Notes: generated by a model not told the origin, from the sequence alone. A DNA stretch of 64,000 nucleotides from Rhynchobatus australiae (GCA_034780895.1 JAUZTB010000076.1:27215604-27279603), one strand, 5' to 3'. Shown: positions 25,748 to 39,463, counted from the first letter of the stretch. Program-made: numbers and translations.

Positions 25748-26659
25748 GTGAGTATTCAGTTTGAGTTTAAGTCAAAATATGAAACACTCATGTAGATATT
25801 AGTAAAAAAATAAAGTAATTGCAAATATTGGAACTCTGAAAGCAAAATACAATTGATGTACCCCAAATTGTATGTAGCCCTTTTCTTTCTTGCTATTTAC
25901 TTTTCGAATGCTTTTTGCTCTGCTAAAATCATACTTAAACATAGAAGTGACACTTTAAAAGCAATCATTTAAAACTGTCCAGTTGTTGCTGAAGGCTGGA
26001 AATGATCATACTGCAAGCTTCCCTTCCACCAACCTATAAATGAAGTGGGAGGTAAGTTTGTTTTGAGGCAAATTTTATTTATGTTTATGAGAAAGCTGCT
26101 TCCAAAAGGCAATGTGTGGCGTCAGGGCCAATGTTTTTTTTTCATATTGAGGCTTGTCTGAGTCACTGCAAACATTGGGTTTTGCTTGCAGTTAGTATTT
26201 GGGTTTCAGAATGAACCTTAGATTTGCTATTGGGATTTTAAACTGGGAAAAGAAAGGCATAGGTAAATTTAAATTACTTTTTATGATTTAGACATGACCA
26301 TTGAGGATTTTCTGAAATATCCACGGAAGCAGTCTTAGAGTAAACAAGGTGGTTTGATATCTATTCATTTTGAATTCTACTGTTTTCCTCTATTTTCTAA
26401 CAGCGTACAATTTGTACTGATTGTTGGGACCCCAAATTTCCAGTGAAATTACTTGAATGTACAAGTAGGCCATTGGTCTCAAGCAACATAATTTTAAATT
26501 TCCTGATCATCATCACTGTAGTATTCTGTAATGCAATTTATAGCAGGTTTGACTTTGGATCAGAACCAGTTCTTGTATTTATGTGCCAATTATTATTTTA
26601 ATTGTTTTCTGTCCTTTTGCTTTGTCTAGTCTGTTTAATGTTGTATATCTGTGACACAA

Positions 26660-29600
26660 GATACCAATAGCAGGAACAGGAATAGGTCACCTGGGCTTTC
26701 AAGTCTGTCCTACCATTTGATATGATCATGGCTGATTTACCCCAGGACCTAACTTCTCTTCAGGGCCAGTTCCACATAGCTATCAATTCCCCAGTCTTTC
26801 CAATATTTATATATCTCTTTAAGTACCTTCAATGATAAAGCCTCCACAACCATATACTGCAGGTTAGAGAATTCCAGAGGTTTGTCACTCTCTGTGAGAA
26901 CTGATCCTCGGGGCACTCTACTAGTTGCTTTTTTCCAGTATGATAATGACACATTTATTCCAACTTTAAGATTTCTATGTGACACCCATTCTTTAACCTA
27001 TTCAGATACCCTTCCCACCCACCCCTCTTGCACTAGCTTTTTATGTGGTACCTGTTGAATGCATTCTGGAAATTCAAATACACTATTTCTACCTGTCCCC
27101 TCTATTCACTCTGCTTGTTGTTATCCTCAAGGAACTCTTGCAATTTGTTAATCATGACTTTCCCTTCATAAAAACCATGTAGCTCTGGCTTGATTGTATT
27201 AATGTTTTCTCAATGACTAGCTGCTTATTCCTCGATTATAGACTTCAGCAACTTCCCATAATAGACATTAAGGTATCTGGCCTATGGTTTCCCACTTTTT
27301 GTTCCCCCGAACAAGGGTTTCCAATCCATTAGTTACTATTGCAGAACTTCAGCCTGAAAACTTACGAAGCTTATGAAATGGTTCTATGCATTCACTTTGT
27401 ATAAAACTGTTGGTTGCAGGCTATCAAGTCCTGTTGGCTTGTCTGCTTTTAATGCCATTAGTTTTCCTAATACTTTGTTACTTGTGATGGGGATTATTAT
27501 AAGTTTTTCCCACTTATTTCAATGAAGCTCACTATTTCCATTCTTTGTACTGTTTGCAGTGTCCACCTCCATGAAGACTAATGCAAAATATTGGTTTAAA
27601 GTGTCAGCCCTTTCCTTGTTTGTCATTATTATTTCCTCAATCTTGCTCTTCAAGGATCCCGCACATACTTTAGCTAAAGATTTTTGTATATCCATATAAG
27701 CTCTTGCTGGTTGTTTTGTTCTTTCTTGCCAGTTTAGTCTTTCAAGTAATTTTCTCTCACCTTATTAGCATTCTAATCCTCTGCTGGTTCCTGAAAAATC
27801 CGCAGTCCTCTGGTCTACCACTAGCTTTTGCTACTTTGTATGCTCTAGTTTTTAATGTAGTATTTTCCTTAACTACTTTGTTGACCAGGGATGGTTAATT
27901 TTTCTCATTAAGTTGCTATTTCTGATTTTTGAAACAGCTGTCTATTTGTCACACTCATCTATTGACACTTCCTTTAGACTATTTTCCCAGTCCACACCTG
28001 ATAACTCTTCTTTCCTAGTTTTGTAATTGCCTTTATTTAAGTTATTGATACTGGTTTTGGACCCAGCATATTCACTCTCAAACTATATCTAGAAGCCTGC
28101 TACATTGTGATCACGGCTCCCTAGAGGGATCCTTGGCAACAACATCTCTTCTCAATCCAACTTATTACGCATGACCAAGTTGAAAATTTGTTCAGGGGTA
28201 GGTTCTGTAATGTATGCTCTAAGAAACAATCTCTCATGCATTCCACAGATTCTTATTCAAAAGTACACTTGCCAGCTTGATTCATCCAATGTACAGATTA
28301 GAATCACTCATAACTGCAGTTCCCTTCTTTCATGCTTTTGATATTTCCCCATATATGTTTTATCCTACTGTGAGGCAATAAATATTTTTGAGAGGGGATT
28401 ATAGACAGCTCCCACCCATGTCTTTCCCAGCTTTTACTTATTTCCATCCAACCTAATCCCAGATCATGATCCAATTGTATTTTTATCATTTGGAGACATA
28501 AGGGACTGGAGCAAGAAAGTCATCTGCCTTTTGCCCAAACACCTGTTCACCTGGATTTCTTTCCCCTTGGCCTACCTTCCCCCTCTCCACCCCATCTGGT
28601 TCCATCTGACCAACAGTCTACTTTGTTATGACCTTGCACCTTATTGTCTACCTGCACTGCACTTTCTCTATAGCTGTGACACTTTACTCTGTGTTCTGTA
28701 TTGTTTCATATTGTACTACCTTAATGCACTGTGTACTAAGTTGATTTGTATGCACGGTATGCAAGACCTAGGTACAAGTGACAATAATAAACCAATTCCA
28801 ATTCCAAATCCCTCCCTTTTCTGGTTCTACTCATCAACTTCAGCCTCTGTCTCTCCCTTACCCCTCAGCTAAAGAGTCTTAAGCTATGGCATTTTACAGT
28901 TGTTACTTTCTCAGGCTCCAATTTTGATTGCACACTTTTTCTTTGTTTTCAACCCTTGCTGTAATGCTTTGATCTTCATTCACCCCCTTCACTACCTTGG
29001 TGCGCTGCACTCTTGTTTTTGATTTGTTAACATTCAGATCCTCCTCCCTCCCTCCTCTAATTATTTAAAACCCCTGTTTATAACCCTGGTCATGCCTTTT
29101 GCCAGGATGCTTGCTCCAGCATGGTTCAAATGAAAATCCATCCTTGCAGATCAGCTCCCCTAGCAGTGGTACCAGTGCCCCAAGAATTGGAAACCATTTT
29201 TCCCACACTAGTCTATGAGCCATGCGATTACTTCTCTAATCTTACTTAACCTTTGCCAATTTGCACGCAATTTAAGTAATAATTGACAGATAATTACCTT
29301 TCTGGCTCTGCTTTTGAATTTTGGCCTGACATAGACCATGACAACTGATTCTTTCCCCTTTATATTCCTCTCCAGCCCAGAAGAGATATCCTTTACCCTG
29401 GTACCAAGCAGGCAACAAAGCCTTTAGAACTTTATCTTTGCTACAGAGAACTATGCTGTCCCCTGCGATTACTCTTTTTCTCCACCCATATAAATAGTTC
29501 AGTTGTTCCGTGGTTCTATGGACTGTTCAATTCATCCAAACAAGGAGCAAGAATCTCATAACTATTAGACCAGAATGAACGCTGAAGCTCCTCCAGAGCT

Positions 29601-29870
29601 GCCTTCTGGATCAGTCGACCTGCATTCATACCCTCCTGCCCCTGACCACATGCGGTAATTAGGAGGACAGTGTCCAAGTAACATTCACTTCCCTGATGTG
29701 TTCAATGTTTGAAGCTCAAATTACAGCTCAGTAATTTTGAGTCAAAGTTCCTTGAGTAGCCAACACTTGCTGCATATATGGTCAATGTGAAATCCAGTAG
29801 GGTCTATGGATTTCCACACACTGCAGCTACAATGCATCACCTGCCCAGCCATCTGTTCTAATTAAGTACT
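26660..29870 (-). mobile_element. Long degenerate CR1 LINE with nested inserts
   Basis: CR1 3' tail at 26660; ORF 26749..26985 reads KVGINVSLSYWKKATSRVPRGSVL; endonuclease-like remnants at about 28.1-28.4 kb. Confidence 0.7.
28618..28808 (+). mobile_element. Rex1/Babar 3' UTR nested in a Penelope-like fragment (about 28490-28885)
   Basis: Homologous to 150-338 (accttgcaccttattgtctacctgcactgcacttt...caataataaaccaattcc). Confidence 0.8.
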
Positions 29871-31289
29871 TNNNNNNNNNNNNNNNNNNNNNNNNNNNNN
29901 NNNNNNNNNNNNNNNNNNNNNNNNNNNNNNNNNNNNNNNNNNNNNNNNNNNNNNNNNNNNNNNNNNNNNNNNNNNNNNNNNNNNNNNNNNNNNNNNNNNN
30001 NNNNNNNNNNNNNNNNNNNNNNNNNNNNNNNNNNNNNNNNNNNNNNNNNNNNNNNNNNNNNNNNNNNNNNNNNNNNNNNNNNNNNNNNNNNNNNNNNNNN
30101 NNNNNNNNNNNNNNNNNNNNNNNNNNNNNNNNNNNNNNNNNNNNNNNNNNNNNNNNNNNNNNNNNNNNNNNNNNNNNNNNNNNNNNNNNNNNNNNNNNNN
30201 NNNNNNNNNNNNNNNNNNNNNNNNNNNNNNNNNNNNNNNNNNNNNNNNNNNNNNNNNNNNNNNNNNNNNNNNNNNNNNNNNNNNNNNNNNNNNNNNNNNN
30301 NNNNNNNNNNNNNNNNNNNNNNNNNNNNNNNNNNNNNNNNNNNNNNNNNNNNNNNNNNNNNNNNNNNNNNNNNNNNNNNNNNNNNNNNNNNNNNNNNNNN
30401 NNNACAGTCATGAATAGGTTGGGATCAATCCTTCCCCACTCTCTCAGACTCCCACGCACTGGGCCATTGTCTGCTCTCCCAGGCACTTGCTCTCCACTCA
30501 CTGGGCTGATATCTCCCCGATCTCCCAGACACCTGCTCTCCATTCTTTGCGCCACTGTCATCCCGTTCTCTCAGACTCCAGATTTTCACTTACAGGACTT
30601 GTAAAGTTCTGCTTTCCTGGACCACAGTTCATTGGTTCATACAGCACAGAAACAGGCCCTTTGGAGCACCATGCCCATACTGACTGAGTACCCATCTATA
30701 TTAATCCTTTTTACCAACACTTGCTCTTCATAATCACTTGACTTCTTGATCTTGTATTTGACTGATAATTATTTCTTATTATAATTTTAGAAAGGTTGAA
30801 GATGTTTCAGAATAAAATCAACTTAATCCCAATGTTTTGTTTGCATTTCAATAAGAAGTCAAAGTACTAATAACAAGCAGGAAAGTGTTCCACACTGACT
30901 AGAAGTTGATGCAATTGTCTGCAATATCTCTTTGTGGCACAGAAGCTTCTTCATCAGATTCCCATGATATTGCATTTGCATTTAGTCAAGTTAGTTTGAT
31001 TTTGTTTGGCTTTAATTTGTATACAAAAAAAAACAGAGCTGAAGATACTGCTGTATAGGTTGATGAATACGACTGACTTTGATACTGAGTGTCAATTAGG
31101 CATTAAAAGCAAGTAGCACATGTGCTTCATTGTATAAGTCCTGAATTTTACAGTTTGATATTTTCACAGACAACCATCTGTAAGGTATTTCACAGACAAA
31201 AATTGGGCAATATCAACAAAGTAGTTCTCAGTGGATTGGTGGCTAGATGCAGTTACATAGTAAGGGAAGGGTGAGGCTACAGAAATATT

Positions 31290-31842
31290 TGATAACAGGG
31301 ATGAAAGTTTTAAAATCTGTCCATGTCTTGACCAGGAAACAGTGGAGGCCAGTGTGCCCATAATTGTGATGGGTGAAAGGGACTTTGTCCAAGTGAGGAA
31401 ATGGCAACAACATTTTAGATGAGCTGAAGTTTATGGAAGATGAAATATGGAATGTCAGTCAAAGAAGCATTAAAATAGTCAGTTTAGAGGGTTTCAACAG
31501 TAGATGGGCTAAGGGAGAAACGGCAGTGTTATATAAGTAAAGGCATATTGGTTTAGCAACAGATATAGTAAAGGGCAAAAGCACAGCTCAGAGTTCAGTA
31601 GCACACAAAAATTCAGTTTAATACACCTAGGGAGGGGGATGGCGCTAGAGGTTGTGGGGACCGAAGAAGATAGCTTTATTCTTCTCAATATTTAATAAAA
31701 GTATCATCCTGGCATGGACGCTGACAAGGACTCTGACAGTACAAAGGCATTGGAAAGGGAATGATTAGGTGAACCTAACTGCACACATAGAATCTCACAT
31801 TGTATTTTTGGACAGGGTTGATGAAGTGCAGCATGTGAATGA
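31290..31842 (-). mobile_element. Old L2-like LINE relic
   Basis: Colinear similarity to 22150-22650 (ttttagatgagctgaagtttatggaag..aaatagtc). Confidence 0.45.
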
Positions 31843-32675
31843 NNNNNNNNNNNNNNNNNNNNNNNNNNNNNNNNNNNNNNNNNNNNNNNNNNNNNNNNNN
31901 NNNNNNNNNNNNNNNNNNNNNNNNNNNNNNNNNNNNNNNNNNNNNNNNNNNNNNNNNNNNNNNNNNNNNNNNNNNNNNNNNNNNNNNNNNNNNNNNNNNN
32001 NNNNNNNNNNNNNNNNNNNNNNNNNNNNNNNNNNNNNNNNNNNNNNNNNNNNNNNNNNNNNNNNNNNNNNNNNNNNNNNNNNNNNNNNNNNNNNNNNNNN
32101 NNNNNNNNNNNNNNNNNNNNNNNNNNNNNNNNNNNNNNNNNNNNNNNNNNNNNNNNNNNNNNNNNNNNNNNNAGGGGACATTAGACATAATGCTGGGAGA
32201 ACAAGAAGATGAGTCCTTGCAGTTAATTCTCTGCCTAGTATTAAATAACATTGACAATTACATCATGCTGGACGATATAGTAAAAATATTGGAGACTGAT
32301 GGCGTGTTCAACCACGTCAGAACTGCAGACAGCACATAAATCATTGTTTTCAACTTGTTTGTGTATTGTATGGCTTAAGAGTTCTCACAATCAGCAATGT
32401 GTTGCAGTTGAAGCTCTGAAGAAGTCCAGAAACAAGATCACAGCCTAAGNNNNNNNNNNNNNNNNNNNNNNNNNNNNNNNNNNNNNNNNNNNNNNNNNNN
32501 NNNNNNNNNNNNNNNNNNNNNNNNNNNNNNNNNNNNNNNNNNNNNNNNNGAAGACCAGACTGCAGCAAGTCCTTCCTTCGCTGGGAGGTTCCAAGGTTGT
32601 GAAAGGTCCCGCGGACTCCAGGGATCTCAGCAGGCATGGAGTTTCCACTCAATCCGGGCATCCCGAGGGGTTCCA

Positions 32676-32810
32676 CACACACACAAAGTGCTGGAGGAAC
32701 TCAGCGGGTCAGGCAGCATCCGTGGAGGGAAATAAACAGTCAACGTTTCGGGCCGAGACCCTTGTGTACATTGCTCCAGGTTCCAGCGTCTGCAGAATTC
32801 CTTGTGTCTC
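32676..32810. mobile_element. Young Penelope pLTR mini-insertion with imperfect TSD
   Basis: acacaaagtgctggaggaactcagcgggtcaggcagcatc...cgtttcgggccgagaccctt plus an inverted tail; flanked by catcccgaggggttcca / catcccaagaggtcca. Confidence 0.8.
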
Positions 32811-34051
32811 CATCCCAAGAGGTCCAGGATGTTTCCAAGTTGTGGTCACGTAGTCCAGACCGTTGCAGGGTTGTGCAGCAACTTATAATGTGATCTCTTT
32901 TGCACAAACACTTCAGAGACGGAACACACAGCAAGACAGCAGCAGCGACAGACTCGAGACTTGCACAGCGCATAATTAACAGGTTTTCATCTAGGTGCGA
33001 ATTTGCAAATCTGCAGTGAGGTGGTGAAGTTTCAGAACGCAGTGAGCCGAGCCTGACAGCTGAGAGCAGCCCCGTCCAGTGGGCAAAGCTGCGCGGCCAC
33101 TGTGTGCCTCGCTGTGTTACCGTGGGGGGGGGGGGAGCATGGAGCCAAAGTTCCTTTTAAGCTTTGGTTTTTGTTTATATTGATTTTAAATTGTTTTACA
33201 TTTAATTTTGAACAGCATTCCACACTAATACCTCTCACTGTCACTATTTAATCTTGCTAATATGATCTTTTGCATATCGTATTTTTTGCAAGAGCAGTAT
33301 GTAAATTTAGAAGTCTTAACGTATAGAGATATTAAAAACCAATTGCAGTAATATGAGGAACATTTTTAATAGAGAAAATTAAAAGTTGAACAAAATATGT
33401 AATTGTGTTTTTCAGAGAAAAATGCTTTCTATTTTATTTCTCTTTATATTGCTTTATACCCACCTTTTTGGAGTCTCTTAAGGAGGCAGTGTGATGTGAC
33501 CTGGAGGAGTGGGGGAATGGTGGGTCATTTTAATTTCATGCACCAGTGATTACTAGTGGTGATGGATGGTTTTTCAGACAGAGTATAACTTAACCTGTCT
33601 GGATAAATTGTTCTGCTAGTGATTATGTCATTGGGATTCACTGTGTATAGGAATGACATAGGCATTCCTCAGATAAGCATGACATCAGCTTCAGATGCTA
33701 ATGATTGTGTGCTGCTGCTGGCAAGGCTAAACTTGCACAGAAATGCGATTCTAGTATGTGGTGCAGCATGTTTTAAAAGAGGTTTAAACAGCATCAAAAC
33801 AAGATGTCTCGATTATCTTTTGAGCATGATAGTGTCTTGATGAGAATTTTGGAGCCCCAGAAATGTGCAAGACTTTTGGCAGACATACTCTTACAAGTTG
33901 AGCCCCTTCTTTTACTAAAGGTCCTATTTTTGAGGCAGAGGGCACTACGTGGTGTTTGTATACAATATTAGAATTTCTGCTGTTGCTGAAATAAATTGTG
34001 AAATTGTTGCAAAAACCTGGTTTAAATGTGAATCTAATCTTTATTTTACAG

Positions 34052-34153
34052 GCTCACGAACGGTCTGAGAGTTCAGAGGTGACATTTGTGACCCAGCTGG
34101 TGAAGAAGCTGATGATCATTATTGCCCGGCCAGCACGACTACTAGAATGCCTG
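34052..34153 (+). CDS. MAST2: MAST2-like exon ([34 protein letters not shown])
   Basis: ttttacag| acceptor and CTG|gtgaga donor; 102 nt, phase 0 to 0. Confidence 0.94.
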
Positions 34154-35299
34154 GTGAGAGAAACCTTTCATGTACTCGCTGAATGCCCATCAATAAAATA
34201 TGCATGCATTGAATTGAGGAGGCAAGGTTAATAAAAACTCGAGGCCAAGCAGATCATTGTAGTATTGTTGCATTTAAATTTTGCACTGTGAAAGAGCATA
34301 GGCAGAAAATATTAGTTTAAGATGATGTGTGGATGGGTAATATTTTGACTGTAAATTGCTATGAAATAACACAGTAGGTTTTTAAATGCCAAGGTTGTGT
34401 GGCTGTCCCGTACTTCCAACCGGCCTAGCTTCCCAGTGAATTTGGTGAAGTAGCTCTTAAATCAAGACAACATTTGTAATAAATGAATGTGTCACAAGAC
34501 ACCACAGAAATGTATGTTACATTGATTCACCTCCACCCCAAAGAAGCAATTTTTATTGTGTCACAAAATAGATTTGTAGAGATGGGTGAGCAGGTGAATA
34601 CAAAATAAGTGTTCTGCGTTCAGCTAATGGTGTTCAAGCCTCTTTGTAGCAGCTTATAAATGAGTAGGGTAAGAATGCAGACCTGGTATTAACAGAGACA
34701 ACGTAAGGGACATGAATGTTCTGTTTCCCCAAAGATCATACATCAAAATGATGGTCAAGAATATTTAATAGTACATCACTTTGAATGTTTGGATTGAATG
34801 GCTAATTGATAATTCAAATGATTTCAGTATTTTAATTATTTTACTGATGTTCTGGGAATTAATTGGGTTGCTCATTGCTATTTATTAGATATTGTCCACT
34901 GAAAAGGCAGGAGTGTGACTGCCTGTCCATCTTTAATTTACTAGTTAATGAGAATAAATGCTGGTATTCATTAAAAGTCTTATTTCAGGTTTATTCCAAA
35001 AGGTTTTGGTAACTGGAAGGCCATTTACAGTGGGGTTCTGCAGGACTCAGTTTTGGGTCTCTAGTGGGTCGGAGGAAATTTATAGAAACTAACAAAAGAT
35101 GANNNNNNNNNNNNNNNNNNNNNNNNNNNNNNNNNNNNNNNNNNNNNNNNNNNNNNNNNNNNNNNNNNNNNNNNNNNNNNNNNNNNNNNNNNNNNNNNNN
35201 NNAAGCAATTGGGGAGGAAAGATGAAATATGAAGGTAAGCAAGTCAATAATATGAAAACAGAGCCCCTTCAGGAATATAAAAAGGACAAGAATAGCCAA

Positions 35300-35810
35300 A
35301 GTAAAAATTACACATATTGCTCTCTTATAGGATGAGACCTGGGAATTAATGGAAAGTAGGGAAGTGGTAGCAGTTCTAAGTAATTATTTGGAGTGATCTT
35401 CACAGCAAAAGACACTGAAAATGTCTCAGAAATAAGATAATTAAGGGATTAAAAGGAGGGAGGAACTTACTCTGTCACTCAAAAAAAATGCACCAGGCAA
35501 ACTAATGGGCGTAAAAGCTGACAAGTTCATAGACCTAATGGCTGCTATCTTAAGGTATTGCGGGAAGTAGCTGCAGCAATAATAGATGCTTTAGCTGTAA
35601 TCTACCAAAATTTTCTGGATTCTGGAGAGTCTTAGAGGATTGAAAAAGACATTATTCAAGAAAGGAGGTGGACAAAGCATGAAACTGTAGGCCTGTTAGC
35701 TTAGCATCTATTATTGGGGAAAATGGAGGAATCATTATTAAGGAGATGATAGCAGTACATTTAGAACATCGTGAAACAATTGAGCGTATTTGACTTGATT
35801 TTATGGAAGT
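35300..35810 (+). mobile_element. CR1 ORF2 relic
   Basis: Decayed LKVLREVA...NFLDSGRV.EDW...LFKKG...N.RPVSL.SIIGK. Confidence 0.7.
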
Positions 35811-36132
35811 GAAGTTGAAGGGAAAGAGGTTGAGAAGGATGAACTAGCTGTATTTTGGGAGATCAGTAGGTGGACAGCCTGTGTTTTGAGGGATCAAGGC
35901 AGAACTGGCATCTTGGAATTAGTAAGGATGGGAAGAATAGCAGTGATTTGGGAGATCTGTGTTGGTGGGGATGGTGGAACAGCAGTGATTTGGGAATCAG
36001 GAAGGGCTGATATAGCTTTAGACAGATTTAGGCTGTGAGGCAGTTCAGTTTTGTAAAGAGGTATTAGCTCCAAAAGAAAATGTATTAATATGCAGTCCTC
36101 TTTTATTTATGTTTAATGAGAGAGATTAACTT

Positions 36133-36454
36133 GTCATAAAATCATACAGCACAGAAGGGAGTACTTCAGCTCACTGTGTCTATGCCCATCATCTCTGCAA
36201 AATTCATTTTTCCTTTCACATCCCTGTCAGTTGCCCTTCCTACCCCCACCTCCGATTCTCCTGCCTCCCACAAACACGAGAGGCAGTTTGCAGCAGATAA
36301 TTAATTTAGCAACCAGCACATCTGGGTGGAGACTAAGAGAAGCCCATATGATCATTGATTGAATGTGTGCACTCCACACACTTGGAACCCAAGGTCAGGA
36401 TCAAACCCACATTACTAGATCTGTGGAGCAGCAGCACTAACCACTGTGCTGCCC
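36133..36454 (-). mobile_element. Older HE1-like tRNA SINE
   Basis: Reverse-complement tRNA head (aggatcaaaccc...gcagcagcactaaccactgtgctgccc) and CR1-type tail (catacagcacagaagg). Confidence 0.7.
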
Positions 36455-36970
36455 TGGAGCTCTTGTTTGGAAGTACAGCTTACTGTCAGTGGTGTCCATC
36501 TACCATTGGTATGTTGCTAGATTTTTTCGGTTTGTCCATCATCTGGTAAAAATGGAATTTCAGGACAGAGAAATAAATCATCAATTTGCTGATGTTTCAT
36601 GGTTTATTGAAAAATAACACTCATTTATAGATTTATTTTCTCTTTCTAAGACTATATATCAACTGTATTACAGCATGACATTGTGTTTTCTGTTTTAATA
36701 ATAGCCACAAGACATAATGACAGAGCTAATCCTTTCTGAATCTAGTTGGGGACCATTCAGAGGAGTTTTAAAAACCTTATTACTTCATCATGAACAAATG
36801 ATTTTAAAAGTTTTGGTTTGAGAAATATGTTGTTTTGCTGAAAGCACTTACTAATTCTTCTTCCTTGGAAGTACTACGTCTTTTTGGAGAAATGGCATGA
36901 TTGTTATAGAGTACCCTGCATATATTGATGTGGCTTATCAGAATAGTACTTTTTAAAACCTATACACACA

Positions 36971-37210
36971 GCACGGTAGCTTGGCGGTTAGCGTGGCGCT
37001 ATTACAGCACCAGCGTTCAATTCCCGCCACTGTCTGTTGGAGTTTGTAAGTTCTCCCTGTGTCTGCGTGGGTTTCCTCTGGGTGCTCCAGTTTCCTCCCA
37101 CATTCCAAAGACGTATGGGTAAGTTAACATGGGTTTAAATGGGGGCACGATTCTCTCAATCATTGGGCTCTAAGGGCCTGTTACTGTGCTGTATAAATAA
37201 AGCTTTAAAG
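36971..37210 (+). mobile_element. V-SINE (HE1-like)
   Basis: gcacggtagcttggcggttagc, gttcaattccc, V-core and aagggcctgttactgtgctgta tail. Confidence 0.88.
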
Positions 37211-38147
37211 TTTCTTTTTAAATACATAGAATGTGTATGGTATCAATTCCATTCTATTTGGTTGTTTTACATAATTTTCATTAAAGATTTTACTGCATCT
37301 TGTAATTTGGTTGGAAAGGGGGTTGTGGAGATCACCAAACTAAGATGAAATATCTTGTAACAGCTAGTTTCCGCTGCATTATTACAGACTCAGGCAAGAA
37401 TTTGAGAATTATTGATCCCAGTGATAATAGAAAGTTTGCTGATTTCTGCAATAGATTATTACCTCCTCAGGGGTAGGGGATTTCAACTGTTGAAACTGGT
37501 GTTTCATGGTGTTATGTGTTCATCAGAAATAAAGAGAAAGTAAAGAGCAGGCTCCTTGTTAACATCAGAAAGGTGTGACAATATTAGCACCCATAATCCT
37601 ACTTTCGGTTTACCATTCTATTAAGTGTGTAATGAGGCCCTTCTGTAAACTAAAGGGAATATAAATGAAGCTGATTTACATAAGGAAATGTAAACAACAT
37701 TGGTGAAAGTTTAATCCTTTCTACAGAGATTTAATCAGACATGGTTGTATTCTGCAGAGTTCTCAATTACAATGCAGGAAGGTAAGGAAATTATAAATGA
37801 TGTGATATACTGCATCACTTTTTGTTGAATGAGAGCATGAGCCACAAACCAGGCAGTTGCAAAGTGAGATTACACACATATAACAATGCTGTTACATTTG
37901 GAATGTTTTTATGCTAGTAATGTGGAATTAGCGCAAATTGCCATTTTCTTTGCATCCAGAAGTATATAATTCAAGAAAGGATCCAGGCAAGGTTTCTTAC
38001 TTAATTTTTGTATGTTCGAATTATCTCCTTACAGTTTCTTATAAAGGATGGACATGGATTTGTTTTTTTTTAGGTCCTGCTGGGATGTGTTTGTGCTGAG
38101 ATTCCAGTTTGGTTCCTTTGATATCTGAGATTCTTTTTGGCACTTTG

Positions 38148-38830
38148 TCATAGAGTTATACAGCCAATTCGACCCAACTCATCCACACCAACCAGTGGAC
38201 ACTCTTCCATATAAATCCCATCTCCCAGTACTGGGTCCATAGCCCTCTATGTCTAGGTGATTTAAGTGCTCATCTAGAGACTTCTTAAATGCTGTTAGTG
38301 ACTCAGCTTTAACTATTCTCTCAATCAGTGCATTCTAGGTACTTGCCACTCTCTGGGTNNNNNNNNNNNNNNNNNNNNNNNNNNNNNNNNNNNNNNNNNN
38401 NNNNNNNNNNNNNNNNNNNNNNNNNNNNNNNNNNNNNNNNNNNNNNNNNNNNNNNNNNAGATGTCAAGCAGTGTTCTTGCCTCTGGGGAGGTGGTTTATT
38501 TCACGCACTCCATCCCTCTAAATCTCTTCCCCCTTGCCCTAAATCTCTGTCCTTTAGTTTTATCTACCTCTGATGCAGGGAAAAGTTTCCTGCAGTCTAT
38601 CCTACCTAAACTTCTCATCATTTTATATACCTCAACTATGTCTACTCTTGACCTCCTCTGCTCCTGGGAGAAAAGACCTAGCTTCTCCTGTCTCTCCTCA
38701 TAACTGAACTGCTCCAACCCAGGCAACATCCTGGTGAATCTCCTCTGCATCCTCTCCACAATTAACATATCCTTCCTAAAGCATGATGACCAGGACTGCA
38801 CAGGGTACTCCAGGTGAGTTCTGATCAAGG
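38148..38830 (-). mobile_element. CR1 3' portion
   Basis: ORF 38496..38828 reads IRTHLEYPVQSWSSCFRKD..ERMQRRFTRMLPGLEQFSYEER. Confidence 0.85.
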
Positions 38831-39330
38831 TTTTATGTTAGAACATAAGCATCTGGACAACTAATCTGAGCCCTCTTCTGCAACTCAGTTGAAATTTTTC
38901 CCAACAGCGCAATCAAGCCTCCCAGCAAGGATGTCGGTCCCACTCTGGCTAAAGTGCAACTTCTTTATTTTCTGGACAAAGATCAATTTGAACTGCAGTT
39001 CTAGACAAGTACTTTTTTCTTTAGTACTCAATATTTTCAATAGGGATAGATACATGTTAAAGAATGCATTAAACAGCTTTTGCAGTACGAAGGAAAAGTG
39101 GTGAATAAGTACAAGCCATTTGCTTCAATTACATTTGCTTCCAAATTGTTGTAAGTTTGTGCCTTATATACTTGATATAATTTTTTCTTCTGTTCCACCA
39201 TGCATTGTATCAACTGGAATGACATATCAAATACTATTTAGGCTTCAGTGCTCAAGAAAGTTTGAAAATGCAGAAAACAAGAGTTTTCCAGTTTTCTCCC
39301 AGCTGAAACAGACTGCTTTTGTGTTTGTAG

Positions 39331-39463
39331 GAGTTTGATCCTGAAGAATTTTATCACTTATTGGAAGCAGCTGAAGGCCATGCTAAAGAAGGGCAAGGAA
39401 TCAAATCTGATATTCCACGCTATATCATCAGTCAGCTGGGGCTCACCAGGGATCCCTTGGAGG
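39331..39463 (+). CDS. MAST2: MAST2-like exon ([44 protein letters not shown])
   Basis: tttgtag| acceptor and G|gtaaat donor; 133 nt, phase 0 to 1. Confidence 0.94.
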
